Source: Vicinamibacterales bacterium
GTDB lineage: Bacteria > Acidobacteriota > Vicinamibacteria > Vicinamibacterales > 2-12-FULL-66-21
Assembly (NCBI GenBank): GCA_048594975.1
Contig: JBMDXQ010000067.1
Span: 67,374-131,373 of the forward strand
DNA: 64,000 bases
Direction of reading: 5' to 3'
Shown here: positions 59,292-64,000 of the stretch, in pieces
Position numbering within the stretch: position 1 is the first letter of the stretch
Layout: each line of letters opens with the position of its first letter
The notes under the pieces: model-generated
Seen by the model: only the letters and a program-made list of their open reading frames with translations
Told to the model about the DNA's origin: nothing
The model's database searches: none
Made by a program: the position numbers and the translations under genes

Positions 59292-61036
59292 ACCGTGGCG
59301 CCTTCCTTGGATGGCACGGACTCCCGCACGCCGCCAAGCCCGTCGCTCGCGGGGGCTCCAGGCCCCGCTCCGTTCCGGGCGGAGTGCTGTGTGGCCGCCG
59401 CCTTGCGCGCCTTCACCGCCTCGAGGCACGGCCGCGCCGCGATAATCACCGACAGCCCGCAGTGCTCGAGCTCGCGGCGGATGATCGCGGCGTTCTCCGC
59501 CCGGCGGCGCGGGTGTACGTCGATGACGTGGCAGTGCGCGGGATCGACGCCCAGGCCGACGACGAGCGGCTGCAGCCGCGACGAGGGCAGCAAGGTGGGC
59601 TGCGCGCCGGTCATCGCCACGACCTCGTTGTCCGCGATGATCAGCGTCAGGTCGGCGTTCGCGGCGACCGCGTCCATGAGCGGTGTCACGCCCGAGTGCA
59701 GGAACGTGCTGTCGCCGATCACCGCGACGGCCGGGCGCACGCCCGCCTCACTGGCGCCGCGCGCCATCCCGATCGAGGCGCCCATGCACACGCAAGACTC
59801 GACCGCCTGCAGCGGCGGCAGCGCCGCCAGCGTGTAGCAGCCGATGTCCGAGGTGACGATGCCCGGCCGTCCGGCCGAGGACGGATCGCGCGGCAGCTCG
59901 TCGAGCGCCGCCTGCAGCGCCTCGAACGTGTCGATGTGCGGGCAGCCGGCGCACAGCTGCGGCGGCCGTTGCGGCAGGGGCATCGGCGACACGAGGCCGC
60001 TGCGCACGGTCAGGCCGAGCGCGCGGCGCACGGTGTCCGGCGTGAGCTCGCCGTCGGGCGGCAGCGCCCCGGACCCGCGCCCGGCGATCTGGAGTCGGGA
60101 CGGCAGGACGCCGCGCAGCGCGCGTTCCAGGAACGGGTACCCGTCCTCGACGACAAGGATGCGCCGCACGTGGGCGGCCAGCCGCCGCACCTGCTCGACC
60201 GGGAGCGGGTAAACGCCCACGTGCAGCTGCGACGGTCGACCGTCGAGGTCGGGCGCGTTCTCCGCGTAGTAGTTGCCGGCGATGCCGGCGGTGACGACGC
60301 CGAGGTCGCGATCGTGCAGCTGCAGCTCGTTGAACGGCGTCGTTTCCGCGTACTGAAGGAACAGCTGCTGCCGGTCGAGCAGCGCGCGCCAGCGGCGGCG
60401 TGCGATCGAGGGCAGCAGGATCCAGTCGGCCGCGCAGTTCGCCGGCTTGGCCGGCGGCTTCTCCGCGACCGGGGCGGCCAGCCGCACCGCGGCACGGCTG
60501 TGCGCCAGCCTCGTGACCAGCCGGATCATGACCGGAATGGCGAAGCGCTCGGAGAGCTCGAACGCCTCACGGGTCATGTCGTAGGCCTGCTGCTGGTCGC
60601 GCGGCTCCAGGCAGATGATGCGCGCGAAGTCGGCGAGCACGCGGCTGTCCTGCTCGTTCTGCGAGCTGTGCATGCCCGGATCGTCGGCGACGGCCACCAC
60701 CAGGCCTCCGGTGATGGCGACCAGCGCCGAGTTGATGAACGGGTCGGCGGCGACGTTGAGGCCGACGTGCTTCATCGCGACCAGCGCGCGCCGCCCGGCA
60801 ATGGACGTCCCCAGCGCGGCCTCGTAGGCGGTCTTCTCGTTGGCGCACCAGGAGGCACGCGGCGCGGCGCGGCCCGACGCCGCCGCTTCGCGCTCGAACT
60901 GCAGGATGTACTCGAGTATCTCGGTCGACGGGGTGCCGGGATAGGCGTACGCTGCGGTGATGCCTGCATCGATGGCGCCAAGGGCGACGGCCTCGTCGCC
61001 GAGCAGGACCCGGACGGGCATGGCGGCTCCGGTCAA
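59288..61036 (-). CDS. iorA: indolepyruvate:ferredoxin oxidoreductase subunit alpha (TPP-binding)
   Basis: Contains LLGDEAVALGAIDAGITAAYAYPGTPSTEILEY, then QLCAGCPH and the TPP motif IGDSTFLHSGVTPLMDAVAANADLTLIIADN. Confidence 0.85.
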   Translation of the reverse strand: MTGAAMPVRVLLGDEAVALGAIDAGITAAYAYPGTPSTEILEYILQFEREAAASGRAAPRASWCANEKTAYEAALGTSIAGRRALVAMKHVGLNVAADPFINSALVAITGGLVVAVADDPGMHSSQNEQDSRVLADFARIICLEPRDQQQAYDMTREAFELSERFAIPVMIRLVTRLAHSRAAVRLAAPVAEKPPAKPANCAADWILLPSIARRRWRALLDRQQLFLQYAETTPFNELQLHDRDLGVVTAGIAGNYYAENAPDLDGRPSQLHVGVYPLPVEQVRRLAAHVRRILVVEDGYPFLERALRGVLPSRLQIAGRGSGALPPDGELTPDTVRRALGLTVRSGLVSPMPLPQRPPQLCAGCPHIDTFEALQAALDELPRDPSSAGRPGIVTSDIGCYTLAALPPLQAVESCVCMGASIGMARGASEAGVRPAVAVIGDSTFLHSGVTPLMDAVAANADLTLIIADNEVVAMTGAQPTLLPSSRLQPLVVGLGVDPAHCHVIDVHPRRRAENAAIIRRELEHCGLSVIIAARPCLEAVKARKAAATQHSARNGAGPGAPASDGLGGVRESVPSKEGATV

Positions 61037-61178
61037 GGACGCGTGTTGAGTGCGAACCGGCTATGAACGACGGCACACGCCGGCGGTCAGGGCGCTGCTC
61101 GCGCCCGGCTGCGCGGCGCACGTTTGACCCTGCAGCAACTCCCGTGCTAGGTGCTAACCGCCTCGCAGACATCGAGTT

Positions 61179-61249
61179 GGCGGGGATTCCGCGGTGGTGA
61201 CGGGGTGCGGTTGCGGGATTTCGGCGGTCGGCGGTGCGGAAAAGCGGAG
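61179..61249. repeat. G-rich short-period (about 7 nt) repeats GCGGNNN
   Basis: The run is GGCGGGG ATTCCGC GGTGGTG ACGGGGT GCGGTTG CGGGATT TCGGCGG TCGGCGG TGCGGAA AAGCGGA. It lies between the iorA start and the LigD-PE stop. Confidence 0.5.
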
Positions 61250-61258
61250 GACGTCGGA

Positions 61259-62161
61259 TCAGGAGCGGGCGGGTTTCTTCTTTCGCCTCCCTGCGCCCGT
61301 GTTGCGCCGGGCGGGCCGGTGGGGCGGCTTGTCTGCTTTCCTCACTGCGCGTGCGGCCCCACCCCCGCTCGCTGCTCGCGCCTTCGGCGCGGGCGCCCTT
61401 CGGGCTTGCCGGCTCGCTTCGCTCGCCGGCCTCGTACCCGTGGTCCGCCGATCCGCAGACGCAGACTCGCGCAACGATTTCAGCGCCGCGGCACGCTCGA
61501 TGATCTTCTTCAGCATGGCGCCGGTCTCGCCGCCTTCGGCCGGCCGGTTCGACACCCACACGTCCGGGTTGTCCGCGGCGAGGATGTCCTCGAAGTCGCC
61601 GTCGCTCTTCACGCTGCGCGGCGCGAACTCGGTGATGTCCAGGTCGCCGGCCCACTCGTCGCGGTGCTTGATCAAGAGCCAGCTCCGGCCGTCCGGCGAA
61701 CCGTAGCGGCCGCCGGTGCGCACCAGCACCCACGATCCTTTCAGCTTGAAGCCGTCGAGCGTGAACTTGAGATCGCCCTTGCGAATCGCCGCGTCGACAT
61801 CAGCGACCTGCGGCGTCCACGTGCCCTCGTCCCAGAGCAAGACGATGCCCGCGCCGTACCCGGAAGGAATCACCCCCTCGAAGGTGCCGTACTCAATCGG
61901 GTGATCCTCCACCTGCATCGCCAGCCGCTTCGTCTTCGGGTCGAGCGAGGGACCCTTGGGCACCGCCCAGGACAGCAGCACGCCTTTGTATTCCAGGCGG
62001 AAGTCGTAGTGCAGGTGGCTGGCGAGGTGCTTCTGCACGCAGAAGAACAGGCCATGCTCCGGCCTCGCCGTTTTCGCGCGTTCGGCGGCGAGCTTCAGGT
62101 CTCCCGCCGGTTCGGGCGAGGCCTGGAAGTTGCGCTTCTGCTTGTATTTCTCGAGGACCAT
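61259..62161 (-). CDS. stand-alone LigD-type 3'-phosphoesterase (PE) domain protein with basic low-complexity tail
   Basis: Contains FCVQKHLASHLHYDFRLEYKGVLLSWAVPKGPSLDP...AMQVEDHPIEYGTFEGVIP...KGDLKFTLDGFKLKGSWVLVR, the LigD PE signature. The last ~90 aa are Arg/Ala/Lys-rich (…RRNTGAGRRKKKPARS). Confidence 0.8.
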   Translation of the reverse strand: MVLEKYKQKRNFQASPEPAGDLKLAAERAKTARPEHGLFFCVQKHLASHLHYDFRLEYKGVLLSWAVPKGPSLDPKTKRLAMQVEDHPIEYGTFEGVIPSGYGAGIVLLWDEGTWTPQVADVDAAIRKGDLKFTLDGFKLKGSWVLVRTGGRYGSPDGRSWLLIKHRDEWAGDLDITEFAPRSVKSDGDFEDILAADNPDVWVSNRPAEGGETGAMLKKIIERAAALKSLRESASADRRTTGTRPASEASRQARRAPAPKARAASGGGAARAVRKADKPPHRPARRNTGAGRRKKKPARS

Positions 62162-62355
62162 TCGGCACTCGCAGGCCGCTCGCTCGTTTCACGCGCTTCG
62201 CGCGCGGGCCGGCTTGTGGCCTTGCCGCCTCGCTTTCGCGGCGGCCTGCCGTCTGTGCGCAGGCTCCGGCGCGTTGCACCGCCGCAGCGAAACCTCCTTC
62301 GAGCATATCCGATTGGTCTAACTCCTGCCTCGGCCGTGATACCTTACGCGGGCTT

Positions 62356-63771
62356 ATGTCGATGTACCTCACCGCCGTGATCGTGTACTTGACGATTCTC
62401 GCCGCCATCGGCGTGTGGCGATCACGCCAGGTCCAGACCGGCGACGACTTCCTTGTCGCGGGCCGTACGCTGCCGGCAAGCGTGCTGGTATTTACGCTCC
62501 TCTCCACCTGGATTGGATCCGGAAGTCTGTTCGGCGGTGCGGGTCTCGGCTACCGCACGGGTTTCCCGGCGCTCTGGCAATCGGCGGGCGCGTGGGTCGG
62601 CATCGCCCTGGTCTATTTCATCGCCCCGCGGGTGCGGCGGATCGCGCAATACACCGTGCCGGACATCCTCGAGCTCCGCTACGGCCCGGCAGCGCGGGTG
62701 CTGGGCACGCTCACGATCGTACTGGCGTACACGACCATCGCGGCCTACCAGTTCCGCGGCGGCGGTCGCCTCCTGCACCTCGTCTCCGACGTCCATCCGA
62801 TCACGGGTGCGTTCATCACCGCGGTGTTCTGCATCGCCTACACGGCGTTTGCCGGCATGCTGTCGATCGCCTACCTCGACGTCGGCAACGGCCTGATGAT
62901 GACCATCGGCGTGGCGCTCGCGGTGGTGTTTCTGATCGGGCACGGCGGTGGTGTGACGCCGGCATTTGCCGCCCTGCGGCCGGACCAGGTGACGCTGTTC
63001 GGGGTGATGTCGCCGCGCGAGGCGTTCGCGCTCTTCCTGCCGACGATGTTCCTCCTGCTCGGCGAAGCGAACATGTACCAGAAGTTCTTTTCGGCCAAAT
63101 CCGAGCGGGCTGCAAAGCTGGCGGTGGTCGGGTGGATCGTCGGCACGGTGCTGGTCGAGACCCTGATCGATTCGGTCGGCGTGTTCGGCAGCGTCACCAT
63201 CCCGGGGCTGAACACCTCGGATTCGGAGACGATCGTCATCCGGGTGGCGCTGGACGTGCTGCCGGCGCTGCTCGGCCTGCTGCTCCTCTGCGGCGCCGCC
63301 GCCATCATCGTGTCGACCGCCAACAGCTTCCTGCTGACGCCGGCGACCAACCTGATGCGCGACGTCTACCAGCGCTTCGTGAACCCTTCGGTGACGGACC
63401 GGCAGGTCCTCCTCTACACGCGGCTGCTCGTCGTCGTGCTCGGCCTCGTCGGGTTCGTGGCCGGCAATTACTTCCCGACGATCCTCGCAATGGCGCTCTG
63501 GGCGTACACGATGTACGGCGCGGGGATCACGCCGGCGCTGCTCGCGGCCTTCGTCTGGCCGCGGGCGACGCGCGTCGGCGGCGTCGCGTCGATTGCCGTG
63601 GGGATGGCGACCACACTGCTCTGGGAGATCATCGGCCTGGCGCGCGGCACCCGCGGCCACCCGGCCTACCTGCTCGGCCTGCAGACGGTGTATCCCGCGC
63701 TGGTGTTCTCGATCGCCGCGCTCGTCGCGGTGAGTCTCGCGACGCCGGAGGAGAAACGCGCCGCGTTGTGA
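62356..63771 (+). CDS. sodium:solute symporter (SSS) family transporter
   Basis: 471 aa with about 13 TM helices. The N-terminus reads DFLVAGRTLPASVLVFTLLSTWIGSGSLFGGAGLGYRTG, typical of the SSS family. The substrate is not inferable. Confidence 0.85.
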   Translation: MSMYLTAVIVYLTILAAIGVWRSRQVQTGDDFLVAGRTLPASVLVFTLLSTWIGSGSLFGGAGLGYRTGFPALWQSAGAWVGIALVYFIAPRVRRIAQYTVPDILELRYGPAARVLGTLTIVLAYTTIAAYQFRGGGRLLHLVSDVHPITGAFITAVFCIAYTAFAGMLSIAYLDVGNGLMMTIGVALAVVFLIGHGGGVTPAFAALRPDQVTLFGVMSPREAFALFLPTMFLLLGEANMYQKFFSAKSERAAKLAVVGWIVGTVLVETLIDSVGVFGSVTIPGLNTSDSETIVIRVALDVLPALLGLLLLCGAAAIIVSTANSFLLTPATNLMRDVYQRFVNPSVTDRQVLLYTRLLVVVLGLVGFVAGNYFPTILAMALWAYTMYGAGITPALLAAFVWPRATRVGGVASIAVGMATTLLWEIIGLARGTRGHPAYLLGLQTVYPALVFSIAALVAVSLATPEEKRAAL

Positions 63772-63805
63772 GGGCGCTGGATTCGGGGCGTGGCACAATG
63801 GCCTC

Positions 63806-64000
63806 GTGCGCGCGCTCCTCATCTCGACCTACGACCTGGGCCGTCAGCCGTTCGGCCTGGCCTCACCCGCGGCGTGGCTGCGGGAGGCCGGCGTAGAGGT
63901 CGCCTGCGCGGATCTCGCGAAGCAGAAGCTGAGTGCCGAGGCGGTCCGTACGGCCGAGCTGGTCGGATTCTTCCTGCCGATGCATACCGCGACCCGGCTG
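63806..64000 (+). CDS. N-terminal fragment of a B12-binding-domain/radical-SAM-like protein (runs off window)
   Basis: Hand translation from GTG 63806 gives VRALLISTYDLGRQPFGLASPAAWLREAGVEVACADLAKQKL...LVGFFLPMHTATRL. It resembles the N-terminus of B12-binding radical SAM proteins. Only 65 codons are visible. Confidence 0.4.
   Translation, partial: MRALLISTYDLGRQPFGLASPAAWLREAGVEVACADLAKQKLSAEAVRTAELVGFFLPMHTATRL

Overview
This is a 64-kb, visibly very GC-rich bacterial chromosomal segment, roughly two-thirds G+C by eye. Real genes show strong GC3, and long Arg/Gly/Pro-rich mirror ORFs appear on the opposite strands. The gene content suggests Acidobacteriota or a close relative: an ADOP-type duplicated FtsX permease, carboxypeptidase-regulatory-like and BNR/sortilin-type secreted proteins, and a peptidase-PD40-Omp85 fusion. 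That assignment is inference only. All calls rest on reading motifs in the supplied translations and on hand-checking starts in the DNA. No homology search, RNA folding or statistics could be run.

I resolve 61 protein-coding genes, one of them frameshifted and two running off the window edges. I found no rRNA, tRNA, CRISPR, integrase or transposase.

Main gene blocks:
- porin / cupredoxin-like / dCache kinase / sigma-54 regulator operon (1-4270, minus)
- ferredoxin-nuoB-nuoI (4363-5852)
- a large OM fusion protein operon divergent from an ECF sigma / anti-sigma / TlpA cluster (5913-14292)
- CarboxypepD_reg / cardiolipin synthase-like / EEP operon (17145-20865)
- MacB-type ATPase, ADOP permease and a divergent LiaF-like/LytS/LytTR module (24088-31404)
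- a TetR-controlled YbhGFSR-like ABC-2 exporter with its own TolC (31446-38878)
- DinB / membrane protein / YheT hydrolase (42879-45826)
- BNR double-propeller protein, LemA and TPM proteins
- YvcK, DUF4920, Uup
- PilZ protein and iorA-iorB-ADP-forming acyl-CoA synthetase
- a stand-alone LigD phosphoesterase, and a Na+/solute symporter

The most unusual signal is non-coding. Almost every longer intergenic region carries short-period, mostly 7-nt, tandem repeats.
- One family has GCATTCR units and TGTCAATGC termini and forms inverted-repeat hairpin elements at 6 loci (11 arms).
- One copy (42217-42901) encloses a frameshifted four-helix-bundle ('23S rRNA IVS / Avd-like') gene.
- Other copies abut or overlap start codons, a stop codon and a signal peptide.

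Secondary candidates are the ADOP / LiaF-like / LytS-LytTR envelope module and a cardiolipin-synthase-like protein whose first HKD motif reads H-R-E.
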